A program made the translations under genes and the position numbers. From Glycera tridactyla (Eukaryota), in NCBI GenBank assembly GCA_965644265.1, contig OZ286472.1:30752001-30816000 (forward strand): 64,000 nucleotides of DNA, in the 5' to 3' direction. Shown one piece after another: positions 48,801 through 62,476 of the stretch (its first letter is position 1; each line of letters begins with the position of its first letter). The notes below the pieces were generated by a model. That model did no database searches. It had not been told where the DNA came from and saw only the letters and a program-made list of their open reading frames with translations.

Positions 48801-50066
48801 CTTGAGGTCTTATCAATATAAGGCAGATATTGGGGTGGNNNNNNNNNNNNNNNNNNNNNNNNNNNNNNNNNNNNNNNNNNNNNNNNNNNNNNNNNNNNNN
48901 NNNNNNNNNNNNNNNNNNNNNNNNNNNNNNNNNNNNNNNNNNNNNNNNNNNNNNNNNNNNNNNNNNNNNNNNNNNNNNNNNNNNNNNNNNNNNNNNNNNN
49001 NNNNNNNGATGACGATTACTTGTTTGAAGTTATAACAACTCACCGCATGATTCAGTCCTGTAGACAGGAGGTAATATGTCGTGAATATCACAAAAGTAAG
49101 GAAGAGTGTCAATATGTCAAAACCGACATTCAGCACAGATATTCCCTCATCTATAGTGTAGAGTAAGTAAATTAGCAAGCAGGTATTGAATACTACCGAT
49201 AGAAGACATATTCCCAAACAGAGAGACCATATCTTGTCGCACCTAGAGACCAGATGTGTGAGAGATAGATGTTTTTTTCGCAGGGGTTCCAACTGTTGTG
49301 AAATGTCTTGCTGCATATCCCCATTATTCGGCATCAGACCCATTAGCCATCTTAGCTCCGAACCGACAGCAGTGAATTCCTTGGTTAGAATGTAGCTGGT
49401 GATTGCAAAGAGAGCAATATTGCAGAATAAGTTGATCACAACTGGTGAAGACAGAATTACATAGAGAAAAAGATAAGGCGCTGTCCCGCCAAGAGTTTGA
49501 ATGTAAACCGGGACAAAGTGAGTGAATGTTTTCCAGCGAATAGTAACGGCAATGGCTATCCCAACGAATAATAATACACATGGGAGTATGCCTCCATAGA
49601 CGAAAAACAGGATGAATCTTGTGATGTATCTTTTGCATTCAAATATAGACGCTTGGCATATCTGTGTCATGTCATCGCATAATGGGATCATATACTTGGA
49701 CTTGCATGCATGGTATATCAATTGTATCAGAACCAGCACATAATTGACCCCAAGCACCACCAGCACGAGGTGAGCTGTGTCAAGATTCCCCTGGAGAGAC
49801 ATTCCAATGTTGATGGGGATAGTGAAGGTCCAAATGGACGAAATCACGAAACATATTTTCAGCAGGATGTGTCGAGACCGACTTTGTGCCTCTGGCCAGC
49901 AGTCGAAAGATCCTGTCCATGCCGTCATTCTCAATAATGGACCAACAATCTGTTTCAATGATCTCTGATCTTGCTGATTCTCTGCCCATGCCGTCATTCT
50001 CAACAATGGACCAACGATCTGTTTCAATGATCTCTGATCTTGCGGATTCTCCATTGTTTTTTTCAT
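45830..50066 (-). CDS. Grl: Gustatory receptor-like (GRL / 7TM ion channel superfamily) gene, 4 exons: 49044-50066, 47425-47493, 47020-47109, 45830-45934
   Basis: Multi-TM exon with LEPLRKKHLSLTHLV..CDKIWS ending LNHA|GTGAGT; AHTPFEIL..TLQ|GTGAGA; VQTF..GYTVMGLVPFNRSTLAT|GTAATT; VAGAVLTYMIVVFQF..TAA. All three introns phase 0; TYxxxxxQF signature present. Confidence 0.92.
46240..46960 (-). pseudogene. Decayed coding fragment with 25-aa repeats inside GRL intron 3
   Basis: 75-nt repeats conserved at protein level (DGDLTI..NCGVL..LHSGV); downstream part aligns codon-wise to 21283-21480; multiple stops. Confidence 0.4.
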
Positions 50067-50659
50067 CCCAGATAAGGTATTCCATCCAAGATACTACTCT
50101 CTAAGTATGCACTGCGTCTGCTGAAAATTCTTGTCCTGTATGTCAGTAGATCCAGGACCACCAACTGTTCCTTTTTTAATCACCAACTGTTCCTGATTGT
50201 GGAACTCAATGAAGAATGCACGAACTATATCCCACATCCACAAGTGCATAAGTTGAAGATTAAGCCATGAAGTATTGTGGGAATTCTTCACAGGGTAATC
50301 GGGGTCAAGCTTCTTCGCAATATAATTATGTGCAGATCTTCTGCCTGGTTGGTGGTTGTTCAGAAAATAAGATTAAGATTAGGAAACTTTTAATTTATAT
50401 CACATACTGAATCACCAAACAAAATACTGAACATGTGATGATATTGCACAATGAAATGGTGAGGCAATTGACACTTCCATCGGGCTAAACGTTCATTTGA
50501 CTGCCTCGCACTCCTGATACTCAATCACAGATGATTTCATATGATTGCAGGAACAAGTAATGAACACAATTTTTTGCAATCAATGGATTGATCAATTGCT
50601 GTATTTTGATGAGACCATGCTCACATTCCTGCACCTGATTATGATAACTCATGACATAT

Positions 50660-50965
50660 TGCAAGATGAATCCACAATCTCACATGTATGATCTGATGGT
50701 ATGATCAAGCAGGATAGATCCTCAGACTTTTTGAGTGAAATACACATTGCTTCTGAACCTTGTACAAGATCCACAAGTATGCAATATTAATTGATAATTT
50801 CACACATGATCTGATGTTGCGATCCAACAGAATAGATCCTCATATCCTTCGTGTGTGAAATGCACCTTGCTGATGAACATTGTACCAGATCCCTGAGAAT
50901 GGAAGATGAATTCACAATTTAACACATATGATCTGATGTATGATCCAAAAGGATAGATTCTCATA
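50660..50965. repeat. Degenerate ~120-bp tandem repeat, about 2.5 copies
   Basis: ATGATCTGATG at 50688, 50806 and 50928, each followed by GATAGAT.CTCA. Confidence 0.75.
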
Positions 50966-52399
50966 TACTACTTCGGATAAAGAGTGCCTTGCCACTGAGC
51001 CTAGCATGGGTCCCCAGTTAAGCTCCTTACGGCTGAATGTATATGTGCTGACCTAAAATAATGGTTCGTATCAGATGGAATCACTTCGACGGAATATACA
51101 TCCTGATGGTTACTGCAGCAGACAATATCCCATGCGGACTGTGAGCGTGTTTCACCTCATGATCTCGCCTGCTGCGATGAATGCGTGTGTGATGTGATCT
51201 GCAGCAAACATCGAAAGTCAACCCATGCACTGGACTCGCATACGTACTACACTAGAGCCTACACTGCCACCATATTTGATTGCAGCATTCGGAGGGGGGG
51301 GGGGTTCTCGTGGGGACAATATCTCCATGGTGTGTCTTCAAACTGGAAAAAGACGGCCGCTCTTGTCCGATATCTCTCTGTGAAAAAGTGAGAATTGCGG
51401 GGAATTGCAAAACATACGACAGCAGGGGTGTCCAGCAGCTAGAAATATGTAACGTTTTGTAACGGAAATAGGGTCCCCATTCTTTTTTGACACACTCGAG
51501 ATAAAGAATATATGGTTGGGGATTTGCCAAACAGGCTTTTTATTCAACTGAACAGCCTGCAGATGACGCCTGTGAGNNNNNNNNNNNNNNNNNNNNNNNN
51601 NNNNNNNNNNNNNNNNNNNNNNNNNNNNNNNNNNNNNNNNNNNNNNNNNNNNNNNNNNNNNNNNNNNNNNNNNNNNNNNNNNNNNNNNNNNNNNNNNNNN
51701 NNNNNNNNNNNNNNNNNNNNNNNNNNNNNNNNNNNNNNNNNNNNNNNNNNNNNNNNNNNNNNNNNNNNNNNNNNNNNNNNNNNNNNNNNNNNNNNNNNNN
51801 NNNNNNNNNNNNNNNNNNNNNNNNNNNNNNNNNNNNNNNNNNNNNNNNNNNNNNNNNNNNNNNNNNNNNNNNNNNNNNNNNNNNNNNNNNNNNNCGCGTG
51901 CACGTGTGTATATCTACCAGAAGCAAAAGGCGAAAGAGAAGAAACAGCAAGAGTCCAATCCCAAGCTGACAATGCCTCTTTTAGCTCCTGGGGACATTCA
52001 AGACCATGATATGATATGTAAGTGATTTCGAAAAAGCCAGGAGGTTCCGCACGTTCGCCACACTCCTGCAAACAGGCCTTCTTTGACAGCATGATATCGG
52101 GCAAAATAGCAACAGAGAGATGGACTGCACTATTGGATTGATGACGGATACTTCAATGGTCGGGCATTCTGGTACGTTTCTGCTTCAACATATTGTTTTA
52201 CTTCTGCTCGCCAAAAAGGTCTTTTGCATCCATATTCATCGACCGGCACGTACATGAACGATGGAAGGGACCAGCTGTATCCTACGAACGCTTCCGATGA
52301 CATTTGGCTTAGTAGATCTATGCTGAAGCCTGCTTCATTTACAGTCAGTCTTCGAAGACTGTGACAAAGTCAGTTTCCCATACATGGGTGGGAACACCA

Positions 52400-53090
52400 A
52401 TAACCGCACCCCTGCAGTGGTGATTAAAGGATATCAAGAAGGCTGCATTGAATATGGGATATCCAACTCTCATTCTTATTTTTTGTGTGCTTCACAATTG
52501 AAATATAACCTGTATCGAAAATGTAAGAGCAATATTATGCCAAAGTTGCAAAAATGCTGTTCTTGGTTCCAAGACGATCAATGATGGATGTAAATCAACC
52601 TACTTTGGGAGCGTTTGTTGAAGCAGTTCACAACATTTCGACCACTGTTCAAGCAGTCTTACTCACGCAATAAGAACAATAATTTAAAAAAAACTTTAGA
52701 AGACATGAGGCCCCGGACGTTCATATTACACGTTGATGCCGGCAGTCGATAGATGACCTTCCATCCTCTTGCACAATCATCCACCAATCAGCATTTGACA
52801 TTCGACATACACGTTCAGCTGGCCATTAACACTGGTAATAATACACATGCTATCAGTATAATCAATAGTGGTCAATATACATGCCTTGCACAATAACTCT
52901 GCCCTGTTTACGACTATGATTGTACTGGCCTTGCGAATAATGGATCAGTCAGCACTAAGTGATATAATGTATTCGTCGAAGGTGAGTCGCTCAAGTATCA
53001 CCCCCATATAGATGAATGCATAATCATTGTGATACGTCATGTCTACTGCTAGTACCACCATGAAACTAAATTGCCTTAATCAGTCGACCT
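52400..53090 (-). mobile_element. Highly decayed CR1/L2-group LINE ORF2 C-terminal fragment
   Basis: MGVILERLTFDEYI..IRKA..ILTTIDYTDS resembles the LGV.LD..L.F..HI / LP.FDY.D motifs; stops present. Confidence 0.55.
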
Positions 53091-54439
53091 GATGTAACCT
53101 TGTCCCTTTTNNNNNNNNNNNNNNNNNNNNNNNNNNNNNNNNNNNNNNNNNNNNNNNNNNNNNNNNNNNNNNNNNNNNNNNNNNNNNNNNNNNNNNNNNN
53201 NNNNNNNNNNNNNNNNNNNNNNNNNNNNNNNNNNNNNNNNNNNNNNNNNNNNNNNNNNNNNNNNNNNNNNNNNNNNNNNNNNNNNNNNNNNNNNNNNNNN
53301 NNNNNNNNNNNNNNNNNNNNNNNNNNNNNNNNNNNNNNNNNNNNNNNNNNNNNNNACTTAAGGGGAGGCCGTCCCCGGCTACATCCCCGTGCTCAGCACG
53401 AGGAGAATTCTGTATTCATCATCCGATCTTCCTCTATGGAAGGGTGAAAGAAGAATGAAACTGTTTTTAAATGACACCAAGAAGCCTGAATCAATTGAAC
53501 CAGGCTGCTTCATCCATCCATAAAGTTGTTCTATTCAACATCCATACCCATTTTGAAGACAGGTGGGACTGTGAGAGGTGGCAGAAAATAATTGGAACCT
53601 ATATGCGGGCATTATGCATTTGCACCTCTTCTGCCAGATAGAATCCACTAGATGTCCTTCCGTTCAGGATTCTTCTCTGTAACACGATGGGCGACAGTGG
53701 TATGGTATTGTATAGCATACACTGAATTTTTTCTTTCGTCAAGTCATCAACACAATTACCAGGTTTTCCTGGCCTTTTAGCTCCGGACTGAAAACTCACT
53801 CGATTAGAACATCTGAAACTATAATATATACAATATAAGAAAAGGTGAGTAGGTTGGTTGTGTGGGTAGTGGCAGAGGGAGTAGTTGGGGAAAGTGGTGG
53901 ATGTAGATAGTTTTGACAAGGATTTTTTGGAAATATTCACACTTACTTTCCTTCCCTTCAAGTGGTAATCTGTTCCAGATATAGGGAGCTCCAAACCCAT
54001 TCTTTTTTATAGTTAGGTTTAGAAAGGTTTTTGTTTACTCTTGCTTAGATAATTCTGGTATGATGATTCTGAATGAGACAGACACGTCATATTCATCCGA
54101 TCTAAATGCTTGGCTGAAATAACTCAAACACCAAGAAGGAAAGCTTCATTAAATAGTTGGATTGGATACAAATTTCAGAGGATTTATGCTTCGAGTTGCA
54201 CAAGAGAAAAACTGACCAGTCAGCATATTCTTCTATGAGAATAAGAGGTCAATCTCGAGACTGTACCCATTTTCAGACCACTTTTCCCCAACCAGAATTC
54301 GATTCAGTTGGCTTCAAACTTCAAAAAAATCAACTTAATTTCTGCATGAAGATGGCCTTTGTGGATATATTTACTTCACTTGTTAACAATTTCCAGGGTG
54401 TGTTGGGTCTGCAGAGAGAGGTGACCTTTGCAGAGAGGA

Positions 54440-54547
54440 CAGTTAATACGAAAAATACCCCTCTTTACAAAGACCACATTTCCATGCGATCGAGGATGGT
54501 CTTTGTAGGAGGATGGATAGAGGTGGTTTCTAGAACAGGTTGGACTG
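54440..54547. mobile_element. Decayed MITE (AAAGACCAC family)
   Basis: CTCTTTACAAAGACCAC..GGTCTTTGTAGG..AGGTGGTTTCTAGAACAGGTTGGACTG. Confidence 0.55.
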
Positions 54548-57297
54548 TGATGTGTTTGTGTGTTCATCTTATGTCTGTAGCATACTGGTTGCAGCTATAT
54601 CCTGGTTTCTGTAGGATATTTTTCAGGGTTGAAATGAATCTCGATTTCATAAATCTCGACAGATAATTTGATGTTTTTCGCATGGTCGTGGGTATTTTCA
54701 TGTTTGGAAATAAAAATCCAAGTTGAATATATCTGTGTTCTTTCTTCATTTTCATATACACACTGCTGATGATATTACGACATATACATGAACCAAGCGA
54801 ACTGGTTCAACTTTAACTCTGTATGACCAAATGACCTGATCCAACTCGAATATGATGCTGATCTATGTGTAACTCCATCCATCTCCCACGATTACAACCT
54901 GTATGACTGGTTGTAATACAAGAGCGACACTTATTGATTGATCATATACTCATAGAGTCATAGAGTAGATAGAATCAGTCACGTAGGAATATGTCCGGGT
55001 CTCTTATTGCCAGGAATGCACTGCCACCTGATATTTGTGAGGCCAGAACCTTGAATTGATTCAAATCATGATAACTCAAAATGATTGCCCATCACCATAC
55101 AAGGAGATAACTGGTAATTGGGAATTCCATCTTGAGTGGCCGAAATATTGCCAGTGACATCTTTGAATACTAAATAGAATCGTCGCCACCTGCTTCTTCC
55201 GATGTGGATTCTTACTCCTGTCACTTTTTCCAATACTCAGTGTTGACTTCGTTTTCGTTTTCCTTCCTATATTTGTTGTACATGTATGTATGATAATTGT
55301 ATGTTTCATAATACCATTTGTACTCACTTGGAGAAGACAAGGTCTTTTGCCCAGTATTGCAAAATCAATGCCAATCGTGATGAATATTATCCCTTTGTCG
55401 ACACCCAAATGATTTCTACCATTTGAATATAATTACTCAATCTGATGATCTTGACATAAAACCATTTCTTTCATCGTGTACTTTCAATTGATTGCTGGTG
55501 AACACAACAACCTCAAACTCAACAAACTCATTGAGAATATCTTGTCTCAGTATTGTTCATGCCACTACAATCTGTCAAATCTTTTTTCTCACTTACTTCA
55601 TCCTCTTCTTCTGTCTCTGAATGCTTCTCTTCCATTATTGCATCTGAACTCTGTACAGGAAGAAATCATCTTCTTGATGTCTTGTATGTGAGTAAAAATA
55701 AAAGTATGTAGAAATGTAGAAATGGTCTACGGACCTCTCCTAGACGATATCTGATCAAATCTAACTCTGATTTAACATGAAAAACTCGGATTCAACATCA
55801 CCCAGCATGCACAGTACTAATTTTTACGTAACCAGTACTTCCAAATTACCATGACTTAATACGCAGCCAGTGGATGATAGCTAATCCATGCCGATCATAT
55901 TCCATTTGCGCAGGCTATTTATGGGCGTATCAGTCAACATAATTACCAGCCAATAAGAACCATGCACCTGCTATCTATCGAATCCATTACTGAGTCTCTA
56001 TTCGATGCAAATACCTCACAATCACATGTATACCTGTATGGTGAATTGTATAATCAACATGAATGTGAAGAGTATAATAAAGTAGAATATTACAGTATGG
56101 ATTGTATATTGAAGTGGTACTGTATGGACAACGATGGAATTGAGTTCGTATGAGCTCATCAGAGTAAAAAACAATTTTAGAGCCTTTGGAAGTCCTTTGG
56201 AATCCTCTGACACATGGTAGTGCCAAGCATTGGTTGATAGAGTCTTTATAACGCTTCACAAAGGCTTCATGAACCTATCAGCAGTGAAGTTAATGCAAGA
56301 ACTCGCCCCCTCAAAGGATCGACCGTGTAGCAAATAAATAATGGCAATTACAATAAGTTCACGTTTATGAAGCAATTATCAATATTGGACGATATTGGAT
56401 GAGTCAATAACTTAACACATACTTTGGAAAAGGGAATGGTATTCCATTGGATATCCCCAAAAGTGACTTGCAAGATCACTTCGGAGTATTGCGAGAGAAA
56501 TCTGACCATCATTCAATGATAGCCTATTACATTATGATGTTTCTGGTGCTATCTACGACACTTTTCAGTGCTTTTCTTTATATATATTCTATGTTTTGGT
56601 TCCCCTGCGCGGGACGAAAGAAGATTTTTCAAATTTCAAATTCAAACTCACTCTCGATTGTACCTCACCACTGTCTGTTCAATATCCCTTGTCCCACTTG
56701 AAAGACCATTTATGTTCACTGTATGTGATTGAATTATTTACTGGCTTCATTTCAAACACCCAAACACCAAATTCAATTTTTTATCTGTCCATGTCCATTT
56801 CCCATCAGATTAATCCATGCCAGACGGACTCGATTATGACTGTTGGTCCCAGTCACTGCTATCCATCTGAGCCGTAAGACTGGCAAGGAAGTTCAATAAT
56901 GGCGGCTACGTTTTTTCCCCCTAGCATCGCGAATCTGCATCAGATTGGAATGAAACCCCACTGAAGACTTCGACATCTCCGGGGATAGGCACTGTGGTCA
57001 TGCCGAATTTCACTTGTATATTTCACCCCACATTGCCAAATATGTCAATTCCACACAAAGCATGAAATATGTGGCACTGTCTGCCATTTGCCATTCTAAT
57101 CTATTCTTCACAGACGGATGATGGTCCTACTTGATGGTATTTGTGAGTATTCATTGTTTTGTGTACCACTGGACCAGATAGCGTATAAGTACTATTTTCA
57201 TTTACTCACCCTATGGACATGGCATGGAAGATGCAACTAACGATAGAGTACTATGATATTGTCTACTTATTGTCATTCTAACGTATCGTCCACACAC

Positions 57298-57830
57298 AAA
57301 TCATGATCCTCTATATATGATGTTCTCTGAGTATCTAAAGGTTTTGTGCAATATGGCGCCAGAGACTGTTCGAGTACTGCTTTAATTCACTTGCTATTTC
57401 AGAAGCAGTATTCTGCCTAAAGACAATTCATGAAAGTTGTGACATACAATATAGTACTGGTATTGTCCATCCTAATATGTTGCTTATAGACGTTTATATA
57501 CGTGTACGTACAACTTCCCAATATTATTTCAAGCATTGACCCTGTAGTTATAATTTGCAACTGCTCTGAACATATGAACTCCAAACATTAATGTAAATAT
57601 TGTTGCTTTATTGATAATGTGTATTCATTTATCTATGTTTGTTTGCGTTAGCACTCAACATGACCTGTCTAGGTCCACTTTGACTCTATACACACATCTG
57701 ACACATTAAGAAAGTTCAGTATTCAAATCATGCTCCTATTTAATTACTATTTCAGAGTATTGATTGATTTGTGCAATATTGGGCCAGATAATGTTCAAGT
57801 ACTGTTTTAATTTACTCGTACTTGTATTCA
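57298..57830. repeat. Diverged ~100-bp direct repeat pair 427 bp apart
   Basis: AAATCATG.TCCT..GAGTAT..TTTGTGCAATAT.G.GCCAGA..TGTTC.AGTACTG.TTTAATT at 57298 and 57725. Confidence 0.65.
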
Positions 57831-58679
57831 CATGTAGAAGAGGTGTCCTCCCAATGCACAAAGAAAGGAAAATGTGACGCACCATTGAGCAATGGTACTG
57901 TCTTCACTTTTTGCCTTCGTAATATAATGCCCTTTGGGCAGTTCGTCAAGGTGATATGTTTGTATAGGTTTCGTTGATTAGCCCCAAAGCAAAATTCCCC
58001 CATACCCTTACTCCGTTTGTACAAAACTAGCCCCATGATACAGATACAGATACCTAACTTTTTCTATTGCATGAGATATTATACAGAGTATTTACAATGG
58101 ACCCCATCGGGTCATATTAAATGCTCATGCAAACAAGGTGATAAAATGTACATATATGAACAACAGTAACTATATTTTAACTTAGTATCTATACAATCAC
58201 ACATTCACTCATTCACTCATTCATGCATCCACCCGTTGACGCTCATGTACATCACGACTGGTCAATAATAATGTCAGCTCAAGAATCTTCACATAATTGA
58301 AATATATGAGCCTTATGAGGACAGTATTCAAAACAGTATTCAAGACAGTAGACAGAAATGATCCTCACTGATCTGACCAGACAGGGTTTTGGTGCCCAAT
58401 TAGGGTTGTGAGAACTAATGGCATCAGCCATAGAATTTGTGCATGACTGGCGTCTATGCAGGTCATTTAAAGGTAGTTCAGAACAGTATACGGTATTGAT
58501 AATCAGTGTTTTGACATGACAGGAATTGAGTGCCCAATTAGGGTTGTTCTTATCCTATCCTGCAGTATAAAAAATAGTTTCGAAGGTCATTTCTGGCAAA
58601 GCAGCTCGTAACATGCACATCATAGAGCATAATATTACACATAATAAGATATTTGTGATAGTATTTCAGAAACTTTTCA

Positions 58680-60880
58680 GGGAATTTTAAAAGTTAATGC
58701 CGGGTCGAGTTCAACACCTAAGTATTTATAAGAGTCTGTTTCTGCTACAGCATGACCGTCATAGGTCACATTCAGTCTCTGATATCATCGGAGACGTTGA
58801 TCAGTACCTAATAGCATTTTATCAGATTTTGATTAGTTTAGTGTCTATTTCCTGTGCCGGAACAAGTCCGATATGAGAGCCAGATCAAGGTTCAGTTTGG
58901 CCTCAATCTCGTCTACGCTATTCCCAGTCGCCAGGAGAGCTGTATCATTGGCATATATAAATGGAATAGTGTGGTCAGGCCAGTCACCGATACTGTTGAC
59001 ATAAAGTATAGATAGGAGCGGTCCCAAGATTGACCATTGGGGCACACCAAAGGAAATGGGAAGTTGCGAGGAGACAGACTATCTGATTTTTGTTGCCTGG
59101 CTCTGTCCTGACAAATATGAGGCAATCCAGCACAAGCTGTTCTCACTAAAACCTAAATATTCAAGTTCTTTGACTAAGAGGTCATGATCAATGGTATCAA
59201 ATGCTTTTTTCAGGTCCACTGACTCATCCCTCATCGACCCCTGGTAGTTTTATCCAGGAGTCCCATGAGGCAGGTGCCAGTGGAGTACCCTTCCTGAACC
59301 CGAATCTAGCTGGATTCAATATATTATGCCTGTTGATGTAATTTGTGATCTGTGCATGGACGACTTTTTTCAGGACCTTCCCTAGTACTGGCAACAATGA
59401 GATTGGTCTAAAATATCCAAATTCTTTGGGGGACCCTCCTTTATGGATGACGGTAACAAGTGCTTCTTCCCAGCCTGATGGAAAAGTGTTTGACTGGATG
59501 GAGAGATGAAATATGTGAGCCAGAATTGTACATGCGATGAAATCTTCAAGAAATAACTAGTTATTCCATCGACTCAAGAGGCAGAGTTGCTCAGTTCCAT
59601 TATAAATTCCTTTATATCCGCCGGGGAGACATCAGTTGAACTAAAATGACTATCAAAGGTAGGAGTTTCACGTCTTTCTGGTGTGTGGGGCGTAGTTTTT
59701 TCTTTGGCCAGTCTCATGCCAATGTTGGTGAAATATTCATTGACTTGATGCTTGATAGACGTGATAGGATCATTCTGTTCTCCATTATTGTGAGGGGCCA
59801 GAATCATTTTATCTCATTTCAGAGTTTTTACTGTCTCTGCCAGTGTCAGTAAGGCAGTTCGAGATATGAGAGTTCTTTGATTTCTTCTTCAGATGATTTT
59901 TTTATTCAAAAGGCTTCATGGCAAGATTATAAGCCAATGGATGGTCGTTGTTGCATTTCCTTTGTATATCACAATATGCTATGGCGGATATATATTCGGG
60001 TGTCACCCACGGTTGGTGGTCACTCTTAGCCAGGATCAGTTTTTTGGAGCGTGCTTGGTCAACAAAAACAGAAGTGAAAGCAGTTGCTGCTTCGTCGACG
60101 TCAGTAGACTCGAATCACTAGACTCTAGATCCTCATTGTAAGTGGTAGGCTCAAATTTTTCATATCAGCGGAGATCTATTATGTGCTTGCCTACAGATTG
60201 TTTTTCATGACTCCTGGCAACTAATACAAGGTGATGGTCACTTAGACCCGGGTCTAGCACACCAGATCACATGTAATATTCAGGGCGGTTTACCGCAATG
60301 TGGTCCATGAATGTGGAAGTGTCAGATTGAATTCTAGTTGGGACGCTGAATAGATGTGTCAGGCCAGTTTTTCGCAAAAAAATTGATACATTTCGGTCTT
60401 GAGATTCTCAGTGTCTGCAGTGTTGATATTCATGTCACCGATTACTATTTGATCTGCAGGTTGATGATATCTTCATGGACGGATAGAGCATTCTTGACCG
60501 ATTGGCCGGGGGGGGGGGGGGGCTTATAAACTAGAAAGTAATGTGTTGGGCATGCTTTATACAGGTTGAGCGTGAAGTGTAACACCTGAATGTCTGGGGT
60601 ACACCGACAAAGTGAGTCATTTAAGGATATATTGTATGGTGATCGATGATTAACAATGAGGCCACCACCCCCTTGTTTGCCACTGTCAGCCGTCCTGTCC
60701 AATAAAAGGAGGCAATAACCCAGGATAAATGTCTCCTTGTCAGGGATGGAGGAATTTAGAAAAGTTTCACAGACAACAAGTATGTCGAGTCTGCTCATCA
60801 GCAGGACACTAAGAGACATCATCGATTTTCTTTGTGATGCTCTGGATGTTTATGCATCCACTGGCAATGCCAGGGAGATT
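58680..60880 (-). mobile_element. Decayed CR1/L2-group LINE ORF2 (APE endonuclease + RT), many stops and frameshifts
   Basis: INIQSITKKIDD; DILVVCETFL..GY..DR..GGGG..YKPP; NEYFTNIG; DLKKAFDTIDHD; PQWSILGPLL..YANDTALL; YKYLGVELD. Confidence 0.9.
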
Positions 60881-61044
60881 CGATAGGGACATGGTACAGT
60901 AGTCTCTATCATTAAAAATTCTCGGTCAGAGGGAAGACATGATGCTTCATTTCGACCGTTCTCAATACTGGATCAACTCTATACACAGTTTATGAAATAT
61001 CTTTTTAAAGACAGTGAGTTTTGGTAGTCGTGGTAGACACTGTG

Positions 61045-61076
61045 GAGAGAGATAGATAGAGAGAGGGAGAGAGAGA

Positions 61077-61111
<35 letters not shown>

Positions 61112-61112
61112 A

Positions 61113-61146
<34 letters not shown>

Positions 61147-61245
61147 CAATTGGCTGCATGTGGTGCCCATGATGCTTCATTTCGATTGTTCTCAATCCCG
61201 AATCACCGTCATCAACAGGAATGACACCTAATGAAGATATCTTTT

Positions 61246-61309
<64 letters not shown>
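61045..61309. repeat. Two (AG)n microsatellites with a locally duplicated flank
   Basis: (AG)n at about 61045-61145 and 61248-61309; GATGCTTCATTTCGA..GTTCTCAAT occurs twice. Confidence 0.85.
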
Positions 61310-61313
<4 letters not shown>

Positions 61314-62476
61314 GGCGAGCGAGACAGGTGGCTGTACTTGGCGGGGTCAGCGGATCAGCAAAAGGATGACAACCAGAGTTTCTAATTTCCCCTGCACCGC
61401 AGGTGGCTTCTGTCAAGAGTCGACGGCACAGGAAAAACTACCTCAGCGACAAGCCCACATACCTGGCATTGGCAACGTTTGCATATGAAATCGAATTAGT
61501 CTTCAGTCTGTTCATTTTATTCTTATGAAGCTGACAGAGGAACAAAGCCACAAACGTATATTTGTGTTGCTGATTTGACCCCCCCCCCTTTTCTTCTGAA
61601 CCCAATGCTCCCACTTCTTTACGAGGGCTTATCATCAACTATGGCCGGCATTTGTCCTACTTCTCTACATATCGTTTTTCCGTTGATTGAGACTTATATA
61701 ATACGATGTATTCCTCTGGTTATATTGTCAACCCATATTCAACTACCACTCTCAAAAGAGAATGACTAATCTTCCAATGTGCCTGCTCCTTGCGTACACT
61801 TTTCAGTCATTGTGAGGAGCATAAATCCAATTGAGGAATGACGTCTTTTTTTCAGATGAGATGACATGACTCATTGAACAGAATATAGAGGGATGTACGA
61901 AACAAAGTCTTCAATGATTGTTCCTGTGTCTCATTCATCAATAATCTACACAGAAATTCATATACACATACACACACTTCACACACCTTAACACAATTCC
62001 CCACATACACACACCCTCTCTTACATGCACACATACACCACGTACTGACACCTACACACANNNNNNNNNNNNNNNNNNNNNNNNNNNNNNNNNNNNNNNN
62101 NNNNNNNNNNNNNNNNNNNNNNNNNNNNNNNNNNNNNNNNNNNNNNNNNNNNNNNNNNNNNNNNNNNNNNNNNNNNNNNNNNNNNNNNNNNTGGTCATTT
62201 GTTCCATTCCAACCAATTGTAAAGCAAACTGGTATGATCTTGCGATAGGGTGGGGTGGGGTTGTCTAGTATGACCTGATGGATCTCAGCAGTTCTGTAAG
62301 AAGAATCATATGAAATGAAATCAGATGAGATCAGATCAGACAATATGAACTGCATCGTTATCTCCCCGAGTCAGCCCACCTAATGAAATGAATCACTGAT
62401 GACTTAATACCATTGAAATTTTCGTACAATGAATTTTGAAACAATTTCATCTGGATTTGTCATATACAATATATAC

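Noticed and set aside
55328-55410. Rab-like TIGIDF...LQ followed by GTGAGT
   Set aside because: No P-loop or WDTAGQE exon nearby and spacing does not match; probably chance
51540-55650. Scattered exon-like pieces on the minus strand (e.g. 55597-55650 SSDAIMEEKHSETEEEDE; 51920-52070)
   Set aside because: Could not be joined into a stop-free, phase-consistent model and no domain was recognised
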